64,000 bases of DNA, from positions 62,001 through 126,000 of the IMG/VR virus record IMGVR_UViG_3300017763_000002; one strand, written 5' to 3'. The notes beneath the pieces are model-generated. The model had not been told where the DNA came from. It made no database searches and saw nothing but the letters and a program-made list of their open reading frames with translations. Position 1 is the first letter of the stretch; every line of letters starts with the position of its first letter. The position numbers and the translations under genes are program-made. Positions 26,682-35,766 of the stretch are shown one piece after another.

Positions 26682-28573
26682 TTTATAAATTCCCCTAAAG
26701 CGTATCTTCTCCATTCGTCTCTGCCTTTATCGCCACCTACCTTAACAGATCCACCTGCGTGTTTTAAATATATAAAATACTTATCTGCCCAAAAATTATT
26801 ATGACCCTGCATTGGTATTTGAGCTGTATACGCCCACTCTACCAAAGGTATTCTGCGGTCTATTTCCTGCCTGACATAAAGCCATTGATTGTCTACGTAA
26901 GTGTCATAATAGTCCAGTGGGAAAGCTCTTTCTCCTCTTCTTAAGCAATGCTCCCAAGCGGCAATAGCCATTCTTTTCCATCCTGTTCCATAAGCGACAT
27001 AAACATAAGTGTTATCGGCTATTATAGACCCAAGTCCAAGTCTTGAATGAGTTTGCTCTGGGCTCATGATGTGAGCATCTTTTTCGTCAAATAGATTTTC
27101 TTCAGGAGTGTACATTCTTTCTATACTATAACGAACTTCAAAGCCAGATATGGTATATTGTCTTCTTAGAAAAGTTTGATACGCTTCATCTTTAGTTAGC
27201 TCCATTTTTTGACCTTCATGTAAACTGAAATCTGAACCTCCGCCTCTAAAATAAACTTCCAGTGGGAATGGGCTATCATTATATATTGTAACTTTATCGT
27301 CACTACCCATTCTTTTGGGAAATGGAAATAGGGATTGGTATCCATCTGTATTTCCCTTGTAATCTTCAAACCTAATTGAATGTGGCATTACTTCGTCAAA
27401 AACAAACAGCCTATCTTTGTTCATTTCTCCTTGGAAGTCTTCAGCTAATAACATTTCCTGTGATAATTCAGGCGTTGCTGTAGAATCGTAACGACCGTTG
27501 TATGTTACTTTGTTGAATAATTTATCATACAAAGATGCATCTTCTGGCTTATCATAATCGATTGTCGTCTCTTGAATCATACCTTCTTCTTCAAATTTTT
27601 TTACATAAAAAGTTAAGTCTCTGAAATTACCCTTTAGCTCTTCTAGGGTTAGGTTTGATTGTTCTGTATTAACGCTAACATTTCTTAGGTTTCTTTCGTT
27701 TTCTATATAATGCAACTCGTTGTGTCCAGATATACCAGATAGTAATCTATGCGTTTCTGGATCTGCCCCCAGTTCTACATTAAGTTTTTCTAAAGTTCCA
27801 GAGATGCCAGATAACCATTCGTTCGAATCTTCTATTAGGTCTTCTATTTCTTCAGAAGAATCTAATATTCCAGAGCCAACTTCTAGATTATCTTGATGTA
27901 TTAAGTTTGCATCTTCTAGCTCTTCTAGAATTAAATTTTTAACATCTATTTGCTCTTGCTGTTTTTGAAGTTGGACTTCTTGGTTTTCTCTTATTTTTCT
28001 AGAATCTTCTTGGTTAGATTCTTTCAACTCATCTATAGAGAACTCTATGTCTTGAAGATGTGTGTGGGTCTGATTGATCATTACATGAGTATGACCAAAT
28101 CCTGTTGCTACTGTGTTTTGTAAATCGTCTAAGTTCTCGTTTATTTCATCTGCGCTAGATTCTATAACACCAGAAATACCTGATAATATTCTGTGGGTTT
28201 CTATATCTTGAGTGTCTAAACTCTCTTGAAGTAATCCAGATATTGCGGATAATAAATTGTGTGTTTTTATATCTTCTGGATTTAAGTTTTCCAGTATACC
28301 TGATATTCCAGAAAGTAAACTATGCGTTTGCTCATCAGAGGAACTGCCATCTAGATTAGATAGCTCTCCTGATATTCCAGATAAAATTCTATGTGTATTT
28401 ACATCATTAGGCTCTAGATTTAACTCAAGATTATCGATGTTAATCGCAGCGCCGGTGTTAGGGACCCATTGCCCCATCTTTTCGTCCCATTGAAATGTAA
28501 AAGCTACATTATGGGAGGGGTCCAGCTTTTGTATCTGGCTGTTAAAAAGAGGGTTATTTTGGAAATCCGGCAT
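26678..28573 (-). CDS. Putative fibre-like virion protein
   Basis: Five THx(I/L)LS(G/A)ISG units, an acidic coiled coil, a central domain shared with the next gene, and three C-terminal beta-hairpin units (DNTYVYVA..WKRMAIAAW type). Confidence 0.65.
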   Translation of the reverse strand: MPDFQNNPLFNSQIQKLDPSHNVAFTFQWDEKMGQWVPNTGAAINIDNLELNLEPNDVNTHRILSGISGELSNLDGSSSDEQTHSLLSGISGILENLNPEDIKTHNLLSAISGLLQESLDTQDIETHRILSGISGVIESSADEINENLDDLQNTVATGFGHTHVMINQTHTHLQDIEFSIDELKESNQEDSRKIRENQEVQLQKQQEQIDVKNLILEELEDANLIHQDNLEVGSGILDSSEEIEDLIEDSNEWLSGISGTLEKLNVELGADPETHRLLSGISGHNELHYIENERNLRNVSVNTEQSNLTLEELKGNFRDLTFYVKKFEEEGMIQETTIDYDKPEDASLYDKLFNKVTYNGRYDSTATPELSQEMLLAEDFQGEMNKDRLFVFDEVMPHSIRFEDYKGNTDGYQSLFPFPKRMGSDDKVTIYNDSPFPLEVYFRGGGSDFSLHEGQKMELTKDEAYQTFLRRQYTISGFEVRYSIERMYTPEENLFDEKDAHIMSPEQTHSRLGLGSIIADNTYVYVAYGTGWKRMAIAAWEHCLRRGERAFPLDYYDTYVDNQWLYVRQEIDRRIPLVEWAYTAQIPMQGHNNFWADKYFIYLKHAGGSVKVGGDKGRDEWRRYALGEFIK

Positions 28574-28580
28574 ACATTAT

Positions 28581-28588
28581 ATGTACAC
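28581..28588 (-). promoter_or_regulatory. GTGTA motif (candidate late promoter)
   Basis: GTGTACAT starting 15 nt before the ATG at 28573. Confidence 0.6.
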
Positions 28589-28605
28589 CTAACTGAACTT
28601 ATGTG

Positions 28606-28950
28606 TTAATCTTTGTCCAAGTGGTGTTTTATTCCGTTTCTTTTAGCGGAATATTCTTTGAAGTACTTTTTCCTTAATGGATCATACCCGTATTTATCTT
28701 TTCTTTGCTGACTTAGTTCCGAACTTTTATCTACCATTTCTCCGTAAGTGCCTTTAGTATTACCTGTTTTATTAATAAAAGCAACGTTATCCATTGGGTC
28801 GATATCACTATCAATACTGCAATTAGGATTTAAGAAGACCCTTTTCCATTCAATATCATCTTGGTCTTTAAATGATTTTTCATCATTCATATGAAAGAAA
28901 ATTTCTTGATATTCTTCTTTCTCAGGATGTTTGAATATATATATTGGCAT
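28606..28950 (-). CDS. Small protein with degenerate FmdB-like N-terminus
   Basis: MPIYIFKHPE...EIFFHMND resembles MPxYxYxC zinc-ribbon starts but lacks the Cys pairs. Confidence 0.5.
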   Translation of the reverse strand: MPIYIFKHPEKEEYQEIFFHMNDEKSFKDQDDIEWKRVFLNPNCSIDSDIDPMDNVAFINKTGNTKGTYGEMVDKSSELSQQRKDKYGYDPLRKKYFKEYSAKRNGIKHHLDKD

Positions 28951-30038
28951 TATAATGAATTAATTATGGAATCAACTGTATTAGAATATGTGAATTTATT
29001 TTTTAATTTGGTTCCATTTATATTATATTTGTTTTTACTTATAATATCTAGTGCTTTATCTAGTGCAGAATTAAATTGATCTTTATTGAATGTATACATG
29101 TATCCCTGATTAAACTCTAAGTCTTTGTAAAAAAACTTTTGGTCATATATTTCTATTCTTTCTTTTGGTTCGACTAATACAGAATTATCTTCTGTGGCCC
29201 AGTCTTTATGTGAGGAGCAGTTTAGTACTATGGGTAATTTACCTAAGCAGGTAGAATTGAAGACAGGTAGATTCCAGCCTTCTCCACCACTGAGACCTCC
29301 AAGGTCTATGTCTATAGAGTTGAGATAGTCATTTACTTGAGCATTGGTTTTTAACCAAGGCAGGAAGTTTATATTGTGGTACTGTCTGTTGTTTAATGTA
29401 GATTTTTTGAGCTTTGCAATTTCTTCGTTCTTTAAAAATTTATTTCCTACGCAACAAGTAAGCTGGTACTTTGGGTCATCTCCAAATCTTTCGCTCCACA
29501 TTCTTATTATCTTTTCTGTGTTTTTTCTTTTTTCCCATTTACCCATTAATCCGAAATGTATTTTATCGGACATATATTCTTTCTTGGTTTCAAAAAAGTC
29601 TTCATCAAATCCAAGTGGACTATGATTTGAATTTTCTACACCGGCATCACTAAAGTAATCCTTACTAAAATTACTACTAAAGACGCATCTATCGTAGGTA
29701 TTTAATATGTTAACTTCTTGAGGTGTTGCTTGTCCAGTTTCGTGGAATGTATATAGTATATTGTAGTCAGACATTTTATCTTCTGCTCCATTAATATGCC
29801 ATATATTTAAGAAGGGAGTGTTTTTATTAATTTTATTATATCTATTTTTTATTGCTTCGTTGATATAGGATGATAAATCATTATCTATATTAGAAAAGCT
29901 AGATAAGTCTACTGTGTTTTTTGTAGGAAATAAAGCTAAATTAATATTTTTTCTATATAATTCTCTTATTATATTGTACGATACGTTACCTAGTGATAGG
30001 TTGTTGATCGGAGCTTTTAATATTAAATTATTAATCAA
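28950..30038 (-). CDS. Glycosyltransferase, GT4-like (GT-B)
   Basis: YTFHET; VFSSNFSK; PLGFD; GLMGKWEKRKNT; GGEGWNLPVFNSTCLGK. TTG start overlapping the ssb stop. Confidence 0.75.
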   Translation of the reverse strand: MINNLILKAPINNLSLGNVSYNIIRELYRKNINLALFPTKNTVDLSSFSNIDNDLSSYINEAIKNRYNKINKNTPFLNIWHINGAEDKMSDYNILYTFHETGQATPQEVNILNTYDRCVFSSNFSKDYFSDAGVENSNHSPLGFDEDFFETKKEYMSDKIHFGLMGKWEKRKNTEKIIRMWSERFGDDPKYQLTCCVGNKFLKNEEIAKLKKSTLNNRQYHNINFLPWLKTNAQVNDYLNSIDIDLGGLSGGEGWNLPVFNSTCLGKLPIVLNCSSHKDWATEDNSVLVEPKERIEIYDQKFFYKDLEFNQGYMYTFNKDQFNSALDKALDIISKNKYNINGTKLKNKFTYSNTVDSIINSL

Positions 30039-30424
30039 AATGGCACCTCATCTTCGTCTTCTTCAAAAGCTTCTTCTTCAACCTTAGCTTTAGGTTTTTG
30101 ATCATTTGTTGGTTGGCTAGAGTCTATTCTTAAAAATTGAACAGTGTCTGCAACACAAAATATTTTAGATCTACTTTCTCCAGACTGAGATTTCCATTGA
30201 TTAAGCTCTAGTCTTCCATCCACGCAAACCGCAGATCCTTTTTTTAAAAATTTATGACAATTAACCGCAGTTTTATTCCAACATTCAATATCAATATAAA
30301 GTACTGATTTTTTAATTGGATTATTTACAGCTATACTAAACCTACATACAGACATTTGATCTGAAATGTTTTTTATTTCTGGGTCTTTTGTTAAGTTTCC
30401 AATGATTGATAGTCTATTTAACAT
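30035..30424 (-). CDS. ssb: Single-stranded DNA-binding protein
   Basis: NRLSIIGNLTKDPE; FLKKGSAVCVDGRL; acidic tail EDEDEVPF. Confidence 0.93.
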   Translation of the reverse strand: MLNRLSIIGNLTKDPEIKNISDQMSVCRFSIAVNNPIKKSVLYIDIECWNKTAVNCHKFLKKGSAVCVDGRLELNQWKSQSGESRSKIFCVADTVQFLRIDSSQPTNDQKPKAKVEEEAFEEDEDEVPF

Positions 30425-31010
30425 TTTTAATTCCTTCTTGTTTGAGTTTTTCTTTAATAAATTTTATGCCAACAGAGTGTAAATTTATACACCCTTGGGA
30501 GCTTAAGCCCATAACCGTACCAACTTCATGCCAAGGCATTACTTTATTAGAATTGCTTTTTCCTATATGGTATCTTAGTTTAAAAATTTTTATAACTCTC
30601 ACATCATGAATATGATTTAACATATCCATTGAGATGTTATATATAGATTCTGAAGTTTGATCTTTTTGGTCTTCTTGATTTATACTTATAAAATCATTAA
30701 GCTTGATGTGGTTTTGGTTTTTAATTAACTTGTTCATCTTATTAAAGAAAGCCCATTTCATTTCGTTAGCTAGAAAGGTAGAAAACTTAGTGGATCTAAG
30801 TGGATCGTATTTTTTAGCAGAAAGATATATAGTATGATGCATTTCGTCCTTAAGCTCATCCAATAATATGTAGGTGTTAAACCTTTTTGATAGTTTATAA
30901 ATTATCGACATGCATAGTTTTTGATGGCGTTCAAAAAGTTTTACAACTGAGTCGTTACAATTAGACTGTTTAACTTCCGCCACCAAATCTATGTCTTTTG
31001 TTTTGTTCAT
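30414..31010 (-). CDS. Phage RNA polymerase sigma factor (sigma70 family, regions 2 and 4)
   Basis: Region 2: LFERHQKLCMSII...AKKYDPLRSTKFSTFL. Region 4 HTH: IFKLRY..MPWHEVGTVMGLSSQGC. Start refined to ATG 31010 (ATGA overlap). Confidence 0.75.
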   Translation of the reverse strand: MNKTKDIDLVAEVKQSNCNDSVVKLFERHQKLCMSIIYKLSKRFNTYILLDELKDEMHHTIYLSAKKYDPLRSTKFSTFLANEMKWAFFNKMNKLIKNQNHIKLNDFISINQEDQKDQTSESIYNISMDMLNHIHDVRVIKIFKLRYHIGKSNSNKVMPWHEVGTVMGLSSQGCINLHSVGIKFIKEKLKQEGIKNVK

Positions 31011-31552
31011 TTGAAGCATAGCTCCCCCTTTTTTTGTATAATATTTTTCACTTGCGACATATAGTCATCTTTGAAAGTTGGAACGTCCACTTTTATGTCT
31101 GACATGGATTTTAATATTGGATCTTGTTCACTTTCATCTTTATTAGCAGGAAGTATGCCTTGCCTACTTAAATGCACTAAGATACCTTTTTTATTTTTTA
31201 TCCACTTAGCTTCGTTTTCAAATCTAACATCTGTGATAATAAAAGATTCAGATTCTTCTGAAGCGTTAATTTTTTCGTTTAGCTTTTTTATCCAGCAATT
31301 CTTATCAAGCTTCCTTCTAATATGCGTTCCATATGTAACTAAAAAAGGACGGATAATACTTTTCTCTTCGTCTCTTTCTGTGAATGCAGATATATTTATA
31401 TTCTTTCTTAAAAAATCATCACACTCATTTTTAAGTTCATCAGCAAAGGCTGCCCTCCTGACTCTAATACTAGAATTTATATCGCTAATACATTTAAATA
31501 ATGTATCCTTTCCTACTCGAGCAACCCCAGTTATACCTATTATTTTATACAT
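31007..31552 (-). CDS. Deoxynucleoside monophosphate kinase
   Basis: P-loop IIGITGVARVGKDT; AFADELK; RPFLVTYGT; ITDVRFENEA. Confidence 0.85.
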   Translation of the reverse strand: MYKIIGITGVARVGKDTLFKCISDINSSIRVRRAAFADELKNECDDFLRKNINISAFTERDEEKSIIRPFLVTYGTHIRRKLDKNCWIKKLNEKINASEESESFIITDVRFENEAKWIKNKKGILVHLSRQGILPANKDESEQDPILKSMSDIKVDVPTFKDDYMSQVKNIIQKKGELCFK

Positions 31553-31841
31553 CCTTAAAAAGCGTTTTAATTGCCTCTCCCAACCTTTTGTCTCCGATGT
31601 AGTCTGCCACTTCTACTACAGACGTAAATTTTAACGAGTTCTCTAGAGATAGTTCTTTGATAGTTTGTTCTATATTCATTATTATTATTATTTTTGATAA
31701 TTTGTATCGTTCTGGCTCCTCCGTGATTTCCTCAAAAGCTTGCTTTACTGCGCTTTGCTTACTTTCTGCGTTAACAATCTTTTGCCAATTACCGGAGCTA
31801 ATAAGGAAAAAGTCATTTTTGTCGTCATCTATTTTGATCAT
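31545..31841 (-). CDS. Hypothetical protein
   Basis: About 98 aa; the ATG at 31841 is preferred over the TTG at 31877; overlaps the kinase start. Confidence 0.55.
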   Translation of the reverse strand: MIKIDDDKNDFFLISSGNWQKIVNAESKQSAVKQAFEEITEEPERYKLSKIIIIMNIEQTIKELSLENSLKFTSVVEVADYIGDKRLGEAIKTLFKDV

Positions 31842-31892
31842 TGGTTGAATACTACCATATCTACAAGTAATAGTCAAGTCATAACATATCTA

Positions 31893-31906
31893 ATATCAAT
31901 TGATAT
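31893..31906. promoter_or_regulatory. 14-bp palindrome in a very AT-rich divergent intergenic region (candidate operator or origin element)
   Basis: ATATCAATTGATAT; only 5 G/C in 31881-31930. Confidence 0.45.
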
Positions 31907-31972
31907 ATATTATATAAATATTATATAGTAATAGACGATTCAAAAATCAACCGACCCTAGTTTAAAAAAAAC

Positions 31973-32001
31973 TTGACTTTATTGGAATCCTGTTATATCA
32001 T
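31973..32001 (+). promoter_or_regulatory. sigma70-type promoter
   Basis: TTGACT-17 nt-TATCAT; the predicted +1 falls at about the ATG at 32008. Confidence 0.65.
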
Positions 32002-32007
32002 CATCTC

Positions 32008-32337
32008 ATGAAACAAAAATTCATAACAATACCAGTTTCAATTATGGATGATGTTATTTCTGGAAAGTTAATATCAACAGATGTAATGATCTATATGTTC
32101 TTAAGTAGTAAGTGTAGTCATGGGAAGAGGGTTTTCATGAGTCGTAAAAAAATGAGAGACGGACTTGGCGGGGTATCTGTTAGCAGGCTTTCTGCTAGTT
32201 TAGGTAGGCTTTCTTCCGCTGGCCATCTAGAGAGAGAAAAATTAAACGGGATAACCTCCACAAGACTATTGACGTTCGTTAAAGATAGGTACAATATATA
32301 TACAAAAGGAAAGAATATTTATGAGAATATCAGTTAA
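32008..32337 (+). CDS. Winged helix-turn-helix DNA-binding protein
   Basis: STDVMIYMFL...FMSRKKMRDGLGGVSVSRLSASLGRLSSAGHL, typical of the N-terminal HTH of phage replication initiators. Confidence 0.6.
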   Translation: MKQKFITIPVSIMDDVISGKLISTDVMIYMFLSSKCSHGKRVFMSRKKMRDGLGGVSVSRLSASLGRLSSAGHLEREKLNGITSTRLLTFVKDRYNIYTKGKNIYENIS

Positions 32338-33247
32338 ATTTGAGGGCGGGCTAGGAGATCATGTTTTAGCCAATAGATTTATTCCCGCTATATTGGAAAC
32401 ATATCCAGGAGCAGAAATCCATTTATTCTCAGATACAAATGGATCATCTTTTCAGAGCGATGTTATAACTTCTTTGTATAATTTTTATAAAGAAGTACAT
32501 TTAGTAAAAAGAAAATCTGAAAAATATGAAATATTAAGTCAATTCGGAAAAGAAAACTACCCACCGCATCCGCCTAATCTAGATGACGAACAAAGAGAAT
32601 ACATGGAATCTTTTGATAAATTTTATAATTTACATATCGACTGGCTACAGTGGATGGATTATGAATTTCCTTGGCAGAAATATTTTAGCTTTTTCCCGAC
32701 GCCGCATTCTGATATTAAAAATTTTAATCATGATAAAGATTATATCATTTTACATATCGCCTCAGACAATAGAGGCAACAATCATAGAATGAGTAAAGAG
32801 TACATTCACAGCATAATTAAAAAATGCACAAAAGAATATGATGTTTTCCTTTTATCAACTGACTCTACAGACGATTTTGTAAGAAAAGTGTGTCCAGATA
32901 TAGATGGCGTTTTTGTATTGAAAGAAAACATTAACACTGTTATTTCTGCATGCAAAAGTGCCTCTGGTATTTTTGCTATAGATTCCGCAATCAAATACTT
33001 TGGATATACTTTTAACGTACCCACTTTGTGTTGGGCTAAAGAATCTACTGCAGCACACTCGTGCCCGACTTCATTCAAGATGCGCTGGTTAACTTTCCCA
33101 CTATTAACATTTCCCTTAGAGCATGACTCAAATTACATGTGGGGCGCAATGAATAACTTAATAAACAATAACAACAATATTTTTTGCCCACACCTTCAAG
33201 AGCCAGAATTATCGAACACTTTAATCAGAAGGAGGATATGGACTTAA
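32321..33247 (+). CDS. GT9 (heptosyltransferase)-like glycosyltransferase
   Basis: GGLGDHVLA..IPAILETYPGAEIHL; YIILHIAS; IFAIDSAIKYFGYTFNVPT, a variant of GxDSGxxHxAxAxxxPT. Confidence 0.65.
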   Translation: MRISVKFEGGLGDHVLANRFIPAILETYPGAEIHLFSDTNGSSFQSDVITSLYNFYKEVHLVKRKSEKYEILSQFGKENYPPHPPNLDDEQREYMESFDKFYNLHIDWLQWMDYEFPWQKYFSFFPTPHSDIKNFNHDKDYIILHIASDNRGNNHRMSKEYIHSIIKKCTKEYDVFLLSTDSTDDFVRKVCPDIDGVFVLKENINTVISACKSASGIFAIDSAIKYFGYTFNVPTLCWAKESTAAHSCPTSFKMRWLTFPLLTFPLEHDSNYMWGAMNNLINNNNNIFCPHLQEPELSNTLIRRRIWT

Positions 33248-33981
33248 ATCCAAAAATAGCCCTTTTATTTAGTGGCAAACTTGGAGCGTGGGAAGAATGC
33301 TCAATGTCAATAGTAGAAAATATCATATGGCCACTAAGACCAGATGTTTTCGTAACAACTTGGGACGATCAACCATCTTACGATTTCTGTAAATATTACA
33401 ACCCAGTAAAAAGAGAAATACTAAATTTTAAAAACACAATGGACTATCTAGGCCCTACAGATACATTATCCTGTCAACCTAACCCCGGCTTGATACCCAT
33501 GCTTGCTGGCTTCAAGGTTGCAAACACAATGCTTCAGAATCACCGCAAGAAGTATGATTTAGTTATAAGACTACGCCCCGACGTTCAGGTTTTAGATTCT
33601 ATAAAAATTCATGAAAAAAAAGACTGCCTAAAAAACAAACATATAAGACTACCTCTCTTCGAAAGTACAAATATATATAATCATGAAGAAGAGTTAAAAA
33701 AAGAATTTAACTTTAGTTTTGTTTATGAAAAAGCTTCACTACCAGATCAAGTTAATGACCAAATAGCTATAGGACATCCAGATCAAATGAATAAATACCT
33801 AAATTCTCTTTTTAGTGTTGCTACAGTTATAAATGAAATGTGGGATCAGGGTTATCCAGAATACATGATGAAAGTTCCAGAATCTGTACTCACAATGTGC
33901 TTAAAAAAACAACAATGTAAATACAAAAGATTAACTGGATCCTCACAGCAGGGAAATATAAAAACCAAACTAATAAAATGA
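33238..33981 (+). CDS. Putative glycosyltransferase-like protein (KIALxxSG family)
   Basis: KIALLFSGKL; DVFVTTW; KYDLVIRLRPD; NDQIAIG. Start refined to ATG 33238 after AGGAGG. Confidence 0.55.
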   Translation: MDLNPKIALLFSGKLGAWEECSMSIVENIIWPLRPDVFVTTWDDQPSYDFCKYYNPVKREILNFKNTMDYLGPTDTLSCQPNPGLIPMLAGFKVANTMLQNHRKKYDLVIRLRPDVQVLDSIKIHEKKDCLKNKHIRLPLFESTNIYNHEEELKKEFNFSFVYEKASLPDQVNDQIAIGHPDQMNKYLNSLFSVATVINEMWDQGYPEYMMKVPESVLTMCLKKQQCKYKRLTGSSQQGNIKTKLIK

Positions 33982-35363
33982 TTAATCTTGTAATATTCGA
34001 TTTGGATGGAGTGCTTATAGACTCTAGGGAACTCCACTTTAAATCCTTCAACGAAGCACTTCTTAATATTTGCCCTGATTACGCTATAGCTAAAGACGAA
34101 CACCTTTCTACTTATGATGGTCTACCCACCAAAAGAAAGCTAGCGTTATTAACAGAAAACAAAGGGTTGCCAAGTTCTAAATACAATGATATCTGGCAAG
34201 AAAAACAGAAAATTACATTAAAATTAATGAACGAGTATACTAAAGATGATAAATTGTACGAAATACTTTCCGAACTTAAAGAAATGAATCTTAAAATAGG
34301 TTTAGCCTCTAATTCCATAAGGCAAACTATACTATCAGCCATGCACAATAAAGGCGTTTTGCATTTCTTTGATTATATTTACAGTAATGAAGATGTTATA
34401 AGACCAAAACCAAACCCAGAAATGTATTATAAAATAATGATTCAAAGCGGCATACCTTCTAGTGAAACTTTAATATTAGAGGATTCCAATACAGGTAGGC
34501 GAGCTGTTTATAATTCTGGAGCACATCTAGGCGCAATTAAAGATCCCGACGATTTAACAAAAGACAAAGTTATGAGCTATATACAAACAATAAAACAAAA
34601 AACCAACGCAAAAACAAAATGGGAAGGGGGAGATATGAACGTATTAATCCCTATGGCTGGAGCAGGAAGCAGGTTCGAACAAGCGGGGTATTCTTTTCCT
34701 AAGCCGCTGATTGACGTCAAAGGTCACCCAATGATTAAGATCGTAGTGGACAGTTTAAATATTAACGCTAATTATATATTCATTGTGCAAAAATCACATT
34801 ATGAAAAATATGCATTAAAACATACATTAAACTTGATAGCTCCTAATTGCAAAATCATTCAAGTAGACGGTCTCACAGAAGGAGCAGCATGCACAACTCT
34901 ACTCGCAAAAGAATTAATAAATAATAATAAACCATTATTAATTGCAAACTCAGATCAATATCTAGACTGGGACAGCAATCAATTTATGTATTCAGTTACT
35001 GCAGATAATGTAGATGGAGGCATACTCACCTTTCCCTCCACCCACCCAAAGTGGAGTTATGCAAAATTAGCACCTGATGGATTTGTCAAAGAAGTTGCAG
35101 AGAAAAAACCCATTAGCGAACATGCTACCGTAGGAGTTTATTTTTTCAGAAAAGGCGAGGATTATGTTTCAGGAGCAGAACAAATGATAAGTAAAAATAT
35201 TAGAACTAACAACGAGTTCTATGTTTGCCCTGTATATAATCAGTGTATTAATAATAATAAGAAATATAAAATCTTCAATATAACAGAAGATAGCATGTGG
35301 GGTTTAGGTACTCCTGAAGATTTAGAATTCTTTATTAAAAACAATGAAACTTATAGCTCATAG
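33978..35363 (+). CDS. HAD phosphatase fused to a sugar/polyol nucleotidyltransferase
   Basis: HAD motifs FDLDGVL, KPNP and ILEDS; C-half LIPMAGAGSRF..PKPLIDV..TEGAACT..ANSDQ..VKEVAEKK..EFYVCPVYN..GLGTPEDL. Confidence 0.85.
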   Translation: MINLVIFDLDGVLIDSRELHFKSFNEALLNICPDYAIAKDEHLSTYDGLPTKRKLALLTENKGLPSSKYNDIWQEKQKITLKLMNEYTKDDKLYEILSELKEMNLKIGLASNSIRQTILSAMHNKGVLHFFDYIYSNEDVIRPKPNPEMYYKIMIQSGIPSSETLILEDSNTGRRAVYNSGAHLGAIKDPDDLTKDKVMSYIQTIKQKTNAKTKWEGGDMNVLIPMAGAGSRFEQAGYSFPKPLIDVKGHPMIKIVVDSLNINANYIFIVQKSHYEKYALKHTLNLIAPNCKIIQVDGLTEGAACTTLLAKELINNNKPLLIANSDQYLDWDSNQFMYSVTADNVDGGILTFPSTHPKWSYAKLAPDGFVKEVAEKKPISEHATVGVYFFRKGEDYVSGAEQMISKNIRTNNEFYVCPVYNQCINNNKKYKIFNITEDSMWGLGTPEDLEFFIKNNETYSS

Positions 35364-35766
35364 AGGAAACACTAATGGAAGAAACAGAAGAGAAGAAAAC
35401 AAGCCCGACTACATCAAGAAAGCCTTAGCCCAAGGCTTTGACGTTGAAGTTGACGTTTGGTTAATGGACGGCATTTATTTCGGGCATGATGAGCCTCAGT
35501 ATGAATGTGATATGGATTTTTTATTAAATAATCATGAAAAGCTTTGGATACATTGTAAAAACTTATCAGCATTAAATAGCCTCTCAGACTTCTTTAATCT
35601 AAATGTATTCTGGCACGAAGAAGACAAGTTTACCTTAACATCTCAAGGTTTCATATGGACTTACCCTCACAACACAATATGTTCAAAATCTGTCATTGTT
35701 TGCAGTGACTCAAAATATTCAAAATACCAAGACTGTTACGGAGTGTGTTCCGATTTTCTAAGATGA
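35344..35766 (+). CDS. Glycerophosphodiester-phosphodiesterase-like small protein
   Basis: LIAHRG; GFDVEVDVW; GHD; WIHCKN; GVCSD. Confidence 0.7.
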   Translation: MKLIAHRGNTNGRNRREENKPDYIKKALAQGFDVEVDVWLMDGIYFGHDEPQYECDMDFLLNNHEKLWIHCKNLSALNSLSDFFNLNVFWHEEDKFTLTSQGFIWTYPHNTICSKSVIVCSDSKYSKYQDCYGVCSDFLR

